DNA from: Candidatus Eiseniibacteriota bacterium
GTDB lineage: Bacteria; Eisenbacteria; RBG-16-71-46; CAVPCR01
NCBI GenBank assembly: GCA_963823555.1
Contig: CAWGMA010000001.1
Coordinates: 2,080,001-2,144,000, forward strand
Reading direction: 5' to 3'
DNA length: 64,000 bases
A program made the position numbers and the translations under genes. Numbering within the stretch: position 1 is the first letter of the stretch; each line of letters opens with the position of its first letter. Positions 9,628 through 22,467 of this stretch are shown one piece after another. Below the pieces are notes generated by a model. The model was given only the letters and a program-made list of their open reading frames with translations, made no database searches and was not told the origin of the DNA.

Positions 9628-10361
9628 CGCCGGCGACCCCTCCCATCCTGCTTCCGGCCCCGCCCCTGGACCGGCTTGGACCGGCGAGCCCCACGCGTGG
9701 GCGCGGAGACCGCGGGACGACTGCCGGTGAGGAAATCGACAATGGCCGGGATGTCATCCATGACGCGGAACAGCGCGAGGTCCGACTGGCTGATCATGCC
9801 GCGCCGGGCCACTTCTTCATGCAGCCAGTCGACGAGTCCGCCCCAGTACCGGCTGTCATAGAGCACGATCGGCATGGGCTTGATGCGCTGGGTCTGCACC
9901 AGGGTGATCGACTCGAAGAACTCATCGAGCGTGCCGAACCCGCCGGGCAGGATGACGAAGGCCTCTGCATACTTGACGAACATCACCTTGCGCACGAAGA
10001 AGTAGCGGAAATCGATCGGCAGGGTGGCGTACGGATTCGGCTCCTGCTCGAGCGGCAGTTCGATGTTGAGCCCCACCGAGACGCCGCCGGCCTCGGCGGC
10101 TCCGCGGTTCGCCGCCTCCATGACGCCGGGGCCACCGCCGGTGATGACTGCGAACCCGCGCTCCGCCAGCCCCCGAGCCAGCTCGCGGGCCGCCCGGTAG
10201 TGAGGATGTCGCGCCGCGGTTCGGGCCGATCCAAAGATGGAGACGGCCCGCCCGACGCGCGCCATCTCCTCGAATCCCTCGGTGAACTCGGCGAGGATGC
10301 GGAAGAGCCGCCAGGTGTCTTCATGGGTGAAGTCGTCGATAAGGTACTGCCGCTCGATCAT
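9624..10361 (-). CDS. LOG family (TIGR00730) nucleotide nucleosidase / Rossmann-fold protein
   Basis: VSIFGSAR, TGGGPGVMEAAN, YFFVRK, PGGFGTLDE; overlaps the kinase start. Confidence 0.92.
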   Translation of the reverse strand: MIERQYLIDDFTHEDTWRLFRILAEFTEGFEEMARVGRAVSIFGSARTAARHPHYRAARELARGLAERGFAVITGGGPGVMEAANRGAAEAGGVSVGLNIELPLEQEPNPYATLPIDFRYFFVRKVMFVKYAEAFVILPGGFGTLDEFFESITLVQTQRIKPMPIVLYDSRYWGGLVDWLHEEVARRGMISQSDLALFRVMDDIPAIVDFLTGSRPAVSAPTRGARRSKPVQGRGRKQDGRGRRR

Positions 10362-10565
10362 CCCTCTCTCCTCATGGTCGCGGGGCGGTTTGCTCCCCGG
10401 GACCTGTGTCTCCGGCGAGAACACGGAGATCGGAGTCCCTCTGCATCAAGTTGAGACAAGGGCGACGGCGGCCGCCTCGGATGCTCTCCCGATCTCGTTT
10501 TCGGCCATTGGCCCCAGGACCCTTAAGCCTGGCGCGCCGTGGGGACGCCCGCGGCGTGCCAGAGC

Positions 10566-13701
<3,136 letters not shown>

Positions 13702-13709
13702 CCCCCGGC

Positions 13710-15152
13710 CTAGCTTTCGCGCCGGATGGGAGGCCCGATCTCGCAGCAGCCGGCCCCGATCTCCGCCTTCAAGATCTCGGTCTTCAGGAGGAAGCTACCC
13801 ACCGTGACCACTTCCTCCGCGGGGTGCACGCCGACGACGGCGATCCAGGAGGGATCGCTTCCTGATCGTCCCGCCCGGACGTGGCGCACCTCGTATTCAT
13901 CGGCGGCGTGGCGGACGAATACGAGATGGGCCCCCTTCACTTCCTGCAGAGCGTCGCGCGGCACCAGCACCGATTCGGCGTCCGATTCAATGAATATTCG
14001 CGCTCGCACGTAACTATTCGCCCGGAGCTGGCCGTTCGGGTTGGCGATGCGGGCGCGCGCGCGCGCGGTCCGGGTCGCCGGGTCGATGACAGGCGCGACA
14101 TAGCTCAGCACCGTCTCGAATCCGGCTCCGGCTTCCGGCCGTCCTGCTCCCGGCGCCTCGATCATCACGCGCTGGCCGGGAACGACATGGGCGGCATCGG
14201 ATTCCGGGACGTCGATCTCGAGCCACAGGACGGAGGTATCGATGATCTCGAAGAGCGTCTCCTCGGGGTCGACGAGCTTGCCGAGAACAGCGTCCCGGCG
14301 TGTCACGACACCGGAGATGGGAGCGAGGAGGGAATGTTGACCCTGGATGCCCGTCCCGGCATCGGCCAGCGCGAGCGCCGCCGTCAGGGCCTCGACCTCG
14401 GCCCGCGCCGCGGCCGACTCCTCCTCGGCCAGCTCGACGGCGCGGCGCGAGCTCACTCCCTTCTCGTGCATTGCGGTCTCGCGCCGGTAGGCGGCCTCGG
14501 CCACCGCGGCCCGGGAGCGCGCGGCGGCGAGACGCGAGACGTCGGCCGCGACTTCCGCGCTCTCGATCACGGCCAGGGCGGCGCCGCGCTTGACCCGGGT
14601 GCCGACGTCGGCCTTGATCTCGCGTACCACGCCGGCGGCGCGCACGTTGATGATGGCGGTGCGAGCCGGATCCGCCACCAGCACCGCGGTCGCCAGGATC
14701 GACTCGGGTCCGGCGGCGGGTGCGGCCCGCGCCGTTTCGAATCCCGCGGCCTCGGCTGCTCCCGGCACCTGCATGTGGACCCGCGATCCGTCCTCGGGTG
14801 GGCCTCCGCCCGGGGAGGATGCCGGCGCCGCCATCCCGGGCGGGGGCTGGATCCGGCCGGGGTGGCAGATCGGGCACACGGATTCGGGCAACCGATGCTC
14901 GGCGCACCAGTCGCCAGCATCCTTGAAGCCGGCGATCAGTTCCGGATTGCATAAAGTGCAGCTCGATTCGGGAACACCGTGTCCGGCACACCAATCGGCG
15001 GCGTCGCCGGCCATCGGCACAGGCTCCGCGGCATGCGCCGCGTGATCGTGTCCGGTCTCGCCGGCATCGCCGGCCGCGCCGCCTCGTTGCGACGATCGCT
15101 CGCAGGCGGCCAGGGCGACCACGAGAAAGAGCAGGAATACGCGTGTTCTCAT
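13710..15152 (-). CDS. RND periplasmic adaptor (CzcB/CusB family) lipoprotein with Cys/His-rich N-terminal repeats
   Basis: Lipobox LAAC; lipoyl/hairpin segments (GVVREIKADVG, LAPISGVV, IDPATRT); directly upstream of czcA. Confidence 0.9.
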   Translation of the reverse strand: MRTRVFLLFLVVALAACERSSQRGGAAGDAGETGHDHAAHAAEPVPMAGDAADWCAGHGVPESSCTLCNPELIAGFKDAGDWCAEHRLPESVCPICHPGRIQPPPGMAAPASSPGGGPPEDGSRVHMQVPGAAEAAGFETARAAPAAGPESILATAVLVADPARTAIINVRAAGVVREIKADVGTRVKRGAALAVIESAEVAADVSRLAAARSRAAVAEAAYRRETAMHEKGVSSRRAVELAEEESAAARAEVEALTAALALADAGTGIQGQHSLLAPISGVVTRRDAVLGKLVDPEETLFEIIDTSVLWLEIDVPESDAAHVVPGQRVMIEAPGAGRPEAGAGFETVLSYVAPVIDPATRTARARARIANPNGQLRANSYVRARIFIESDAESVLVPRDALQEVKGAHLVFVRHAADEYEVRHVRAGRSGSDPSWIAVVGVHPAEEVVTVGSFLLKTEILKAEIGAGCCEIGPPIRRES

Positions 15153-15249
15153 CCCAACGTCTCCTGTTTGGGGCTTTTTTGTGCTCGGTCATCGGACGCA
15201 GGTCGCAACCGATGACCATCGGCTCGATGTGGGGAGGAGCAGGAGAACG

Positions 15250-15600
15250 CTAAGAGCGGGGCGGACGGTCGGGCAGGACGGCGGGAGCCTCAGGGAAGGA
15301 GGCGCGGGTGGCCGGATGGGCCGTCGTGATCTGGGGCGCAAAGGCGTCGGGCAGACTGGGGAGCGCACCGCTCTGCAGCTGGGGCTGGCAACACGGGCGG
15401 GGGCAAGCGGTGCAGTCCTCTTCCGGGCAGCAGTCTCGATCCGATCCACGGTCCTCGCCGGTGGATAGCTGCACGCCGTGGTTCGCACCTGCCGGCCCGG
15501 GCGTGGAAGCGGGCTCGGCACCACTCACCGTCGCCGCCAGGACGATGACCGGAATCACCGCCAGGAGGGCCATCCGGACGAGCGGATCGGCACCGGGCAT
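15250..15600 (-). CDS. Small Cys-rich exported protein upstream of the efflux genes (CzcI/DUF2946-like)
   Basis: Hydrophobic N-terminus, CCPEEDCTACPRPCC and C-terminal DRPPRS; typical position; start uncertain (15573-15633). Confidence 0.55.
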   Translation of the reverse strand: MPGADPLVRMALLAVIPVIVLAATVSGAEPASTPGPAGANHGVQLSTGEDRGSDRDCCPEEDCTACPRPCCQPQLQSGALPSLPDAFAPQITTAHPATRASFPEAPAVLPDRPPRS

Positions 15601-15730
15601 CCAGGAGGAGCATGTGGGCTTGCGGCGAGGCATGGGGAGATACTACCAGGGCATCCGTGGCTATCCAACCCCCTCGCCCCTACCCTCTCGGCCGCCCGCC
15701 CGGCGACATGGATGGCGCTGGCGGGTCTCC

Positions 15731-15746
15731 TGGCACCGGTCATGCA
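15731..15746 (+). promoter_or_regulatory. Sigma54-type -24/-12 promoter
   Basis: TGGCACCGGTCATGCA (GG-N10-GC), 65 nt upstream of the 15811 start. Confidence 0.6.
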
Positions 15747-15810
15747 CGGGACAAGGGACTTTTGCGGGTCTACTGCCGCAGCCGCTCCCTATCCCTGGAG
15801 GAACCGCGTC

Positions 15811-16356
15811 ATGCCGAATACTCAGAACCCGCGGCGCCGCCGCCGCTTGCTGCTCATGGCCGCGGTCACGGTGGCCGTGATCGTGCTTGCCCTCACCACT
15901 CGCAAATCGCACGCCGACACTGCATCCGGCAGCGGCTATCAGGGGTGGGGGCCGGTCATCGGGGTCGGGGTGGATCCCGATCAGGTCCACTTCGGCCTCC
16001 GCTTCGACGCCGGCGAGATCTCCAACCGCCTCAATCTCCGTCCCGGAGTCGAGGCTGGCGTGGGCGACAGCCGCTTTCGCGGTTCGTTCTCGATCGACGC
16101 CCTCTACCATTTCCGCGATCAATGGGATGTCTGGCAGCCCTATGCCGGTGGCGGACTGAGCCTCGGTATCATCGACCGCAACCAATCCGATTCCCCACTT
16201 GGGGACAGCGGTGATGCCGAGGTCGAGCCTGGGCTCAACCTGATCGGCGGCGTTTCGAGGGAGTTGAAGAGCGGCAACCGCTTCCTGACCGAACTTCGCT
16301 TCGGCATCGGCGAGGCGCCGGATCTGGGCCTGGCCGTGGGCTGGATGTTCCGCTAG
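15811..16356 (+). CDS. Outer-membrane beta-barrel protein (small, 8-strand type)
   Basis: GGAGGA SD; signal peptide; alternating beta strands, PYAGGGL motif, C-terminal VGWMFR. Confidence 0.8.
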   Translation: MPNTQNPRRRRRLLLMAAVTVAVIVLALTTRKSHADTASGSGYQGWGPVIGVGVDPDQVHFGLRFDAGEISNRLNLRPGVEAGVGDSRFRGSFSIDALYHFRDQWDVWQPYAGGGLSLGIIDRNQSDSPLGDSGDAEVEPGLNLIGGVSRELKSGNRFLTELRFGIGEAPDLGLAVGWMFR

Positions 16357-16373
16357 GCGAGACTTCGAAGAGG

Positions 16374-16574
16374 CTACAGGCGGTAGACGTCCCCGGCACG
16401 CGTATGCTCGACGATCGGCCGGCGGGTGCTGGATTCGGGGGCGGAGCTCACAGGCCTGGGCATCGGTCCGGCCACGCCAGGCGCTACCGGGGCGTGGCGG
16501 CGAGCAGGCATGATCCAGCCGAGGCAACGCTCCAGAAGGCTATGGGGCATCTCGGGCGAGCGATCGTCGACCAT
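16374..16574 (-). CDS. Small hypothetical protein (66 aa)
   Basis: GAGGAG SD before ATG 16574; sigma54-like element upstream. Confidence 0.5.
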   Translation of the reverse strand: MVDDRSPEMPHSLLERCLGWIMPARRHAPVAPGVAGPMPRPVSSAPESSTRRPIVEHTRAGDVYRL

Positions 16575-16620
16575 CGTCTTCTCCTCATGATGACGGGTGT
16601 GGATTCGATCGCGCTGACTA

Positions 16621-16636
16621 TGCAAGTTTGATTCCG
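16621..16636 (-). promoter_or_regulatory. Sigma54-type -24/-12 promoter candidate
   Basis: Minus strand CGGAATCAAACTTGCA (GG-N10-GC with TTGCA). Confidence 0.45.
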
Positions 16637-16655
16637 CAGAGGTTCATCTCCGCGG

Positions 16656-16700
16656 AACAAAGAAGATCGGGCCTCCGCCGCAAGGTGGAGGCCCGATCTT
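16656..16700 (-). terminator. Intrinsic terminator of korAB
   Basis: 14-bp perfect stem AAGATCGGGCCTCC / GGAGGCCCGATCTT followed by CTTTGTT on the minus strand. Confidence 0.8.
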
Positions 16701-16734
16701 GCTTCACTCTGGGTCGTTACGGCCGACGCCAGGA

Positions 16735-17757
16735 CTACTCGACGGTCCAGGTCTCCGGCCCGCGAATCAGTTTCTCGAGATCGCCGGCACTCCGCGCCGA
16801 GACCTCATCGATCTGCTTGTGAATCGCTCGCCCGAGCGTGGGCAATTCCACCCGCCGGAAGACTCCGATCGGGAACGGAAACTCCGGCGGCACCATCCGG
16901 CTCAGGATGTACGCCACGGTCGCGTCCGGGTCATCCTCGTCATGCACCAGGAGATCGTCGGGCGGACTCCCCGGCGCGAACTCGACCACCTCGAGCCGCG
17001 TCCCCTTGAGCCGGATGCCCTTGTTCATCTCCTTGCCGAAGATGAGCGGCTTCCCGTGCTCGAGGGCGATCGTGCGGTCGTCGCGCACCGCCTTCTCGGT
17101 CATATCGAGGAAGGCGCCGTCGTTGAACACGTTGCAATTCTGCAAGATCTCGACGAAGGCCGAGCCCTCGTGACGAGCCACGTGAGTCAGCGTCTCCTTG
17201 AGATGCCCCGGGAACACATCGACCGTGCGCGCCACCATGGTGGCCTCGCAACCGAGCGCGAGCGAGATCGGGTTGAACGGCCGATCGAGCGAGCCGAAGG
17301 GGGTGGACTTGGTTCTCTGGCCCAACACCGAGGTCGGGGAATACTGCCCCTTGGTCAGCCCGTAGATGCGGTTGTTGAACATCAAGATCTTGAGATCGAT
17401 GTTCCGCCGCAGGGCGTGGATCAGGTGGTTGCCGCCGATCGAGAGCGCGTCTCCGTCACCCGTGGCAACCCAGACCTGGAGGTCGGGATTGGCGATCTTG
17501 ATACCGCTCGCGATGGCCGGCGCCCGCCCGTGGATGGTGTGGAAACCGTAGGTGTTCATGTAGTAGGGGAAGCGGCTCGAGCAGCCGATGCCCGAGATGA
17601 ACACGAACTTCTCGCGCGGAATCCCGAGTTCCGGGAGAACGGTCTGCACCGCCTTGAGAATCGAATAGTCCCCGCACCCGGGGCACCATCGCACCTCCTG
17701 GTCGGAGACAAAGTCCTTGCGGTTCAGTGGCTGGCTCGTCGCCGTCATCGTGCTCAT
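16735..17757 (-). CDS. korB: 2-oxoacid:ferredoxin oxidoreductase beta subunit
   Basis: WCPGCGD, SGIGCSS, HTIHGR, GDGD...NN TPP-binding motif; ATGA overlap with the alpha subunit. Confidence 0.95.
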   Translation of the reverse strand: MSTMTATSQPLNRKDFVSDQEVRWCPGCGDYSILKAVQTVLPELGIPREKFVFISGIGCSSRFPYYMNTYGFHTIHGRAPAIASGIKIANPDLQVWVATGDGDALSIGGNHLIHALRRNIDLKILMFNNRIYGLTKGQYSPTSVLGQRTKSTPFGSLDRPFNPISLALGCEATMVARTVDVFPGHLKETLTHVARHEGSAFVEILQNCNVFNDGAFLDMTEKAVRDDRTIALEHGKPLIFGKEMNKGIRLKGTRLEVVEFAPGSPPDDLLVHDEDDPDATVAYILSRMVPPEFPFPIGVFRRVELPTLGRAIHKQIDEVSARSAGDLEKLIRGPETWTVE

Positions 17758-19637
17758 GACCCCTTGCTCCCCACGGCGAGCACCTCGTCCGCTCGCTGCT
17801 TGATTTCCTTCACCTTGAACGGTCGGCCCTGGACCTTCGCGTAGCTCGCGATGTCGATGAGATAGCGAGCGCGGAGCAGGAAGGCCAGCTGACCCATGTT
17901 CATCTCCGGAACCAGGATCCGGTGATAACGCTTGAGCACCTCGAGCGTGTTGCGGGGCATCGGGTTCAGATAGTGGAAGTGAGCCCGCGCCACCTTCTTG
18001 CCCTCGCGCTGCAACTGCTCGAAAGCACCGACGATGGCGCCCTCGGTCGAGCCCCAGCCCAGAAGGAGCAGGTCTCCCTCGGCCGCTCCCTCCACTTCGA
18101 GGAGCGGGATGTCGTTGGCGATGCCGGCGACCTTGTCGGCCCTGAGATGCGTCATCTCCTCGTGATTGAGCGGATCGTAGCTCACGTTGCCGCTGCCGCT
18201 GTGGTGCTCGAGGCCACCGATGCGATGCTCGAGTCCGGGGGTGCCCGGCCGCACCCAAGGGCGCGCCAGGGTCTGCGGATCACGCTGGAACGGCAGGAAG
18301 CCCTCTCGATCCTCGCGGAACTGGACCTTGTACTCAGGGATGTCAGCCAGGTTGGGCACCTTCCACGGTTCGGCGCCATTGGCCAGGTAGCCGTCGGTGA
18401 GAAGAATGACCGGCGTCATGTACTTGGTGGCGAGGCGTCCGGCCTCGACCGCCATGTGGAAGCAATCGCCTGGCGTCGAGGCGGCCAGGACCGGCATCGG
18501 GGCCTCGCCGTGGCGACCGAACAGCGCCATCAGAAGATCGGATTGCTCGGTCTTGGTCGGCAACCCGGTCGACGGGCCGCCGCGCTGGACATTGACGATG
18601 ACGAGCGGCAACTCCGTGGTCACCGCGAGCCCCATGGTCTCCGCCTTGAGCGCCATTCCCGGTCCGGAGGTCGCCGTCGTGCCCAGGCAACCGGCAAACG
18701 AGGCGCCCAGCGCCGCGCCGATGGCCGCGATCTCGTCTTCGGCCTGATACGTGATGACACCCAGGTTCTTGAGGCGCGAGAGCTCGTGGAGCACGTCGGA
18801 GGCCGGCGTGATGGGGTAGCTGCCATAGAATATCTGCAGCCCGGCCTTGCGCGCCGCGGTGACGAGACCGAGCGCCAGCGCGTTGTTGCCGGAGATGTTG
18901 CGATAGGTGCCCGGCTCGAACCGCGCCGGGCGCACCTCGTAGGTGGTCTGGAAGAGCTCGGTCGAATGCGCGAAGTTGTAGCCCCCGTTCAAGGCCAGCT
19001 GATTGGCCTCGATGAGCTCCGGACGGCCGGCGAACTTGCGCTCGATCCAGCGCATGGTGGGATCGAGCGATCGATTGTAGAGCCAGTACATGATACCCAG
19101 AGCGTACAAGTTCTTGCAGCGATCGACCGCCTTCTGGCCCTCGGTCTGACGCAGCGTCGAGTTCTCGAGTGCGGTGCGTGTGAGCTTGGTCAACTCGACC
19201 TTGATCACGCGAAAGGCGTCGAGCGACTGATCCTCGAGCGGATTGGAGGTGTAGTGAGCGAGCTTGAGATCTTGATCGCGAAACGAATCGGTGTTGATGA
19301 CCAGGATGCCGTTCGGCTTGAGCTCTGGCAGGTTCACCTTCAATGCAGCGGGGTTCATGGCCACGAGCACATCCGCCTGATCACCAGGGGTGTGGATGTC
19401 GTGGTTGGAGAACCGGACCTGGAATCCGGACACACCCGGTAGCGAACCCGCCGGGGCGCGGATCTCGGCGGGAAAATCGGGGAACGTGGCGACATCGTTG
19501 CCGGCGATGACCGATGTCGCCGTGAACTGATCGCCGGTGAGCTGCATCCCATCGCCGGAATCGCCGGCGAAACGCACGGTGACGGTTTCGACTTCCTCGA
19601 CCCTGCGACCGGGGCGGGAAGTTAGCTCGATGCTCAT
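17754..19637 (-). CDS. korA: 2-oxoacid:acceptor oxidoreductase alpha subunit (gamma-alpha fusion)
   Basis: AGDSGDGMQ, YPITPAS, QAEDEIAA, QRGGPSTGLPTK, PEMNMGQ. Confidence 0.95.
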   Translation of the reverse strand: MSIELTSRPGRRVEEVETVTVRFAGDSGDGMQLTGDQFTATSVIAGNDVATFPDFPAEIRAPAGSLPGVSGFQVRFSNHDIHTPGDQADVLVAMNPAALKVNLPELKPNGILVINTDSFRDQDLKLAHYTSNPLEDQSLDAFRVIKVELTKLTRTALENSTLRQTEGQKAVDRCKNLYALGIMYWLYNRSLDPTMRWIERKFAGRPELIEANQLALNGGYNFAHSTELFQTTYEVRPARFEPGTYRNISGNNALALGLVTAARKAGLQIFYGSYPITPASDVLHELSRLKNLGVITYQAEDEIAAIGAALGASFAGCLGTTATSGPGMALKAETMGLAVTTELPLVIVNVQRGGPSTGLPTKTEQSDLLMALFGRHGEAPMPVLAASTPGDCFHMAVEAGRLATKYMTPVILLTDGYLANGAEPWKVPNLADIPEYKVQFREDREGFLPFQRDPQTLARPWVRPGTPGLEHRIGGLEHHSGSGNVSYDPLNHEEMTHLRADKVAGIANDIPLLEVEGAAEGDLLLLGWGSTEGAIVGAFEQLQREGKKVARAHFHYLNPMPRNTLEVLKRYHRILVPEMNMGQLAFLLRARYLIDIASYAKVQGRPFKVKEIKQRADEVLAVGSKGS

Positions 19638-19939
19638 GATCTCCTGATCCTCAAGCGTTGGGGAAACGCCTGCTCATCCCGACCGCTTCAGCGGGACCGG
19701 GCCGGGAACGGGGCAGGCATGGCCGCGACATCCGGGGCTCTCCCGAGGACTCGACCGCAAGCCACTCCTTCACGTTCTGATTGCGCCGGCACCCCAGGAG
19801 GTTCCCGGCGGGAGCCGGGTGAGACCGGCGGCGGCGCGGGGCAGGCGCCGTCCTCTCGGCAACAGAAGAAGGCGCCCGAGTTTATCACCCGGGCGCCGCT
19901 AAGTTCAACGTGCCGGCCGGGCGAGGCCCGACCTGGGTA

Positions 19940-22003
19940 TCAGGGCAACAAGATGACCTTGCGGCTGGCATGGAACGCTCCAGCCTGGGCACTCACCAAG
20001 TAGATCCCCGGGGCCACACGCTGGCCGCGGTCGTCCCGTCCATCCCAAGCCATCTCGGCAGCCCGGACGTCGCCCGGGAGCCCGGTAGCCAGGTGACGCA
20101 CCACACGCCCGTCCACGCTCACCACCATCAGGTCGGCAGCGATCCCCGCCGGGACCTCGACGGTGAACCGGACATCGGCCTGGGCCGGCTGCGGATGCGG
20201 AAGCGAGAGCCGAAGCCCCGGAGCGGCTGCAGCGCCGGAGCGCGTCGCCGCGACCGGCACGAGGAACCGCTCGACCGGAGCACCGGGGGCCGTCCAGCCC
20301 ACCCGGTACTCGTAACGCACTCCGCTGATTGCCGTTACGTCGACAAACCGAGCCCAGCTTCCGTCCGCCCGGATCGGGTCGGCGTTGACCTTGATGAAGG
20401 GATCGTCGCTCGAGAGCTCGACGGCCATTCGCTTGACCTCGGCTGCCCGGAGGTTGGCCTGAGCGAGGCTGGCCTTGAGCGCCAAGATCTCGGCTTCCCG
20501 TCCCGGACCGTCGGCGAGGGCCGGCTCGAGCTCGCGGCGATAGAGGTTGAAGAGGGTGCCGGGCACGAAGTGGTCCGCCTCCCAGGCGACCTCGATGCCC
20601 TCGGCGCGGGGAGCGGCGATTGGCTCGGGCATCGCCACGGCGGCCGCATCGTTGCCCTCGAGGCAGAAGAGCCGGCCGCCGACGCCGTTCAGCATCTGCG
20701 TCCCGACCAGCACGTCGGGGATGCCGTTCCCCGAGAGATCTCCTACCCCGCGAACGGAAAACACTCGCGCCCCGACATCCACCGACCAGATCTCGGCTCC
20801 CGTCACGCCATCGTAGAGGTAGGCCTTGCGATCGAACGATCCGGCGATGACGTCCGAGATGCCGTCGCCGGTCACGTCGTCGACCCGGTCGACGGCCCAC
20901 ACGTCGCCTCCGTTCAGGGTCCCCGCTTCCATCACCCAGATCTGGCTCCCGTCAGCCCCCGAGATGACGTGGGTCGCGTTGTCCCAGGAGGCGACGACAA
21001 CATCGGGCATCTGATCTCCGTTCACGTCGTCAAGGGGTACGATCCGCATTCCGTACTCGCTGGCCCCGACCGTGTACTGCCAGATGGGCGCTCCGTTGAC
21101 CCCCGACAGGCAGCGCGCCTGCTGGGCGCTGCCCCAGGCGGCGAACAAGACATCGTTCTGCTCGTCACCGTTGACATCGACGAATCCATGGGTGTGCCAG
21201 GCCGTGGCTCCGAGGTTGGCGATCCACAGCGTGCTCGCGGTTCCCACGCTGGCCCCGCTCACGCAATAGGCGCGGGTATCCCCGTCTCCACCACCGAAGA
21301 CCGCGTCCCACTTCCCGTCCGAGTTGACGTCCCCGAGCGCCGTCGAGGAGTAGATGACATCGAGCGCATAAAGACGGTAGATGACGCTCCCGGTCCGGCC
21401 GTTGACGCAATACGCGCCGTCATTGAAACTGCCGCAACCGAAGATGACGTCGGCCACGAGATCATTGTCGAGATCGGGAATGGGATGAATCGTGTAGACC
21501 CAGCCCGATGTCGCGGGCACGGGTGGCGTCTGGACGTAGGTGTCGAAGGTCCAGAGCGCATCCCCGGTACGGGCGTCGACACCATAGGCGCTGCGTCCGC
21601 CCCAGGCCGTGCCCAGGACGAGATCCGGGAATCCGTCGTTGTTCAAGTCCGGCGCGGCGTTCAGGCAATCATCGCCGTCGCCGCCCGAGTTGGAAGGCCC
21701 TCCGGGAGGGCGCGCTGACCAGATGACCGCCGGCGTCCCGGTCGAGCCACCGCTCAGGAGGTAGAGATGATCCGCAGTTCCGGCACCCGAATCGTAGGTC
21801 TCGGTAGCGATGTCGGGAACCCCGTCAAGGTCGAGGTCGGGCACCTGAACCGAGGCGTTGATGTCCTCGATGCCCTGGAAGACCCAGATCACATCGCCGG
21901 GAGCGGCCTGAGCGGGCGGGGAGGCCCCTACGACGGCGATCGCGCAGAGGAGGACGAGGGTGGAAGCGATGGCGGCCGGGTCGAGCGTGCGCCAGAGTTG
22001 CAT
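19940..22003 (-). CDS. Secreted FG-GAP/VCBS (PQQ-like) beta-propeller protein with C-terminal FlgD Ig-like domain
   Basis: Repeated D[LV]NxDGxxD motifs with GxxLW blades; signal peptide; WDGRDDRGQRVAPGIY tail; GGAGG SD before ATG 22003. Confidence 0.85.
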   Translation of the reverse strand: MQLWRTLDPAAIASTLVLLCAIAVVGASPPAQAAPGDVIWVFQGIEDINASVQVPDLDLDGVPDIATETYDSGAGTADHLYLLSGGSTGTPAVIWSARPPGGPSNSGGDGDDCLNAAPDLNNDGFPDLVLGTAWGGRSAYGVDARTGDALWTFDTYVQTPPVPATSGWVYTIHPIPDLDNDLVADVIFGCGSFNDGAYCVNGRTGSVIYRLYALDVIYSSTALGDVNSDGKWDAVFGGGDGDTRAYCVSGASVGTASTLWIANLGATAWHTHGFVDVNGDEQNDVLFAAWGSAQQARCLSGVNGAPIWQYTVGASEYGMRIVPLDDVNGDQMPDVVVASWDNATHVISGADGSQIWVMEAGTLNGGDVWAVDRVDDVTGDGISDVIAGSFDRKAYLYDGVTGAEIWSVDVGARVFSVRGVGDLSGNGIPDVLVGTQMLNGVGGRLFCLEGNDAAAVAMPEPIAAPRAEGIEVAWEADHFVPGTLFNLYRRELEPALADGPGREAEILALKASLAQANLRAAEVKRMAVELSSDDPFIKVNADPIRADGSWARFVDVTAISGVRYEYRVGWTAPGAPVERFLVPVAATRSGAAAAPGLRLSLPHPQPAQADVRFTVEVPAGIAADLMVVSVDGRVVRHLATGLPGDVRAAEMAWDGRDDRGQRVAPGIYLVSAQAGAFHASRKVILLP

Positions 22004-22192
22004 GAGACCTCCACGGCTGGGGTGGTGCTTGCCCACGATTCTAGCACTCCTGTGTGGCGGCGACCAAGTCGGATACCAAAGCAATCGGCGAGCGCTGAGC
22101 AGGGTACGCAGCGCTCGCCGATCGACGGGAAAGAGGCCGGCCCTCTCGACACCGTGTGGAGCGAGGGCTCGACCGCTCGGCGAAAAGTCGAC

Positions 22193-22390
22193 CTAGAGGT
22201 CGGCCGGCTTCAGGGTCTTCCGGTTGTTGGCCAGAGCGCGTTCCTCGGCCTCGGCGATGAGCTGACGCACCTTCCGGTCGAGCGCATCGTAGAACTCGCT
22301 CGAGACATTGCACCTCGTCGCCGCCGCCTTGGTGCGGGACTTCGAGATGATGAGCTCGCCCGCTGCGATCTTGTCAGTGATCTCGGTCAT
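22193..22390 (-). CDS. Bacterial histone-fold protein (short alpha3 type; DUF1931/Bd0055-like)
   Basis: AAGGAGG SD; 65 aa; alpha1-L1 (SKSRTKAAATRCNVS), long alpha2 (EFYDALDRKVRQLIAEAEERA), L2-alpha3 RKTLKPADL matching RxTxxxxD. Confidence 0.85.
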   Translation of the reverse strand: MTEITDKIAAGELIISKSRTKAAATRCNVSSEFYDALDRKVRQLIAEAEERALANNRKTLKPADL

Positions 22391-22467
22391 TCCAGCCTCC
22401 TTGGGGAAAGGAACGGAGTTCCTGGGACTTGATGAGGTCGCCCCTTATCCGGCGCGCATTCGCCACC

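Noticed and set aside
14733..14752. TTCGAATCCC resembling a tRNA T-loop
   Set aside because: Lies inside the adaptor CDS with no cloverleaf.
19861..19910. Hairpin GGCGCCCG / CGGGCGCC upstream of korA
   Set aside because: Ambiguous between a weak terminator and an overlapping sigma70-like promoter (minus TTGAAC-N18-TAAACT); not called.
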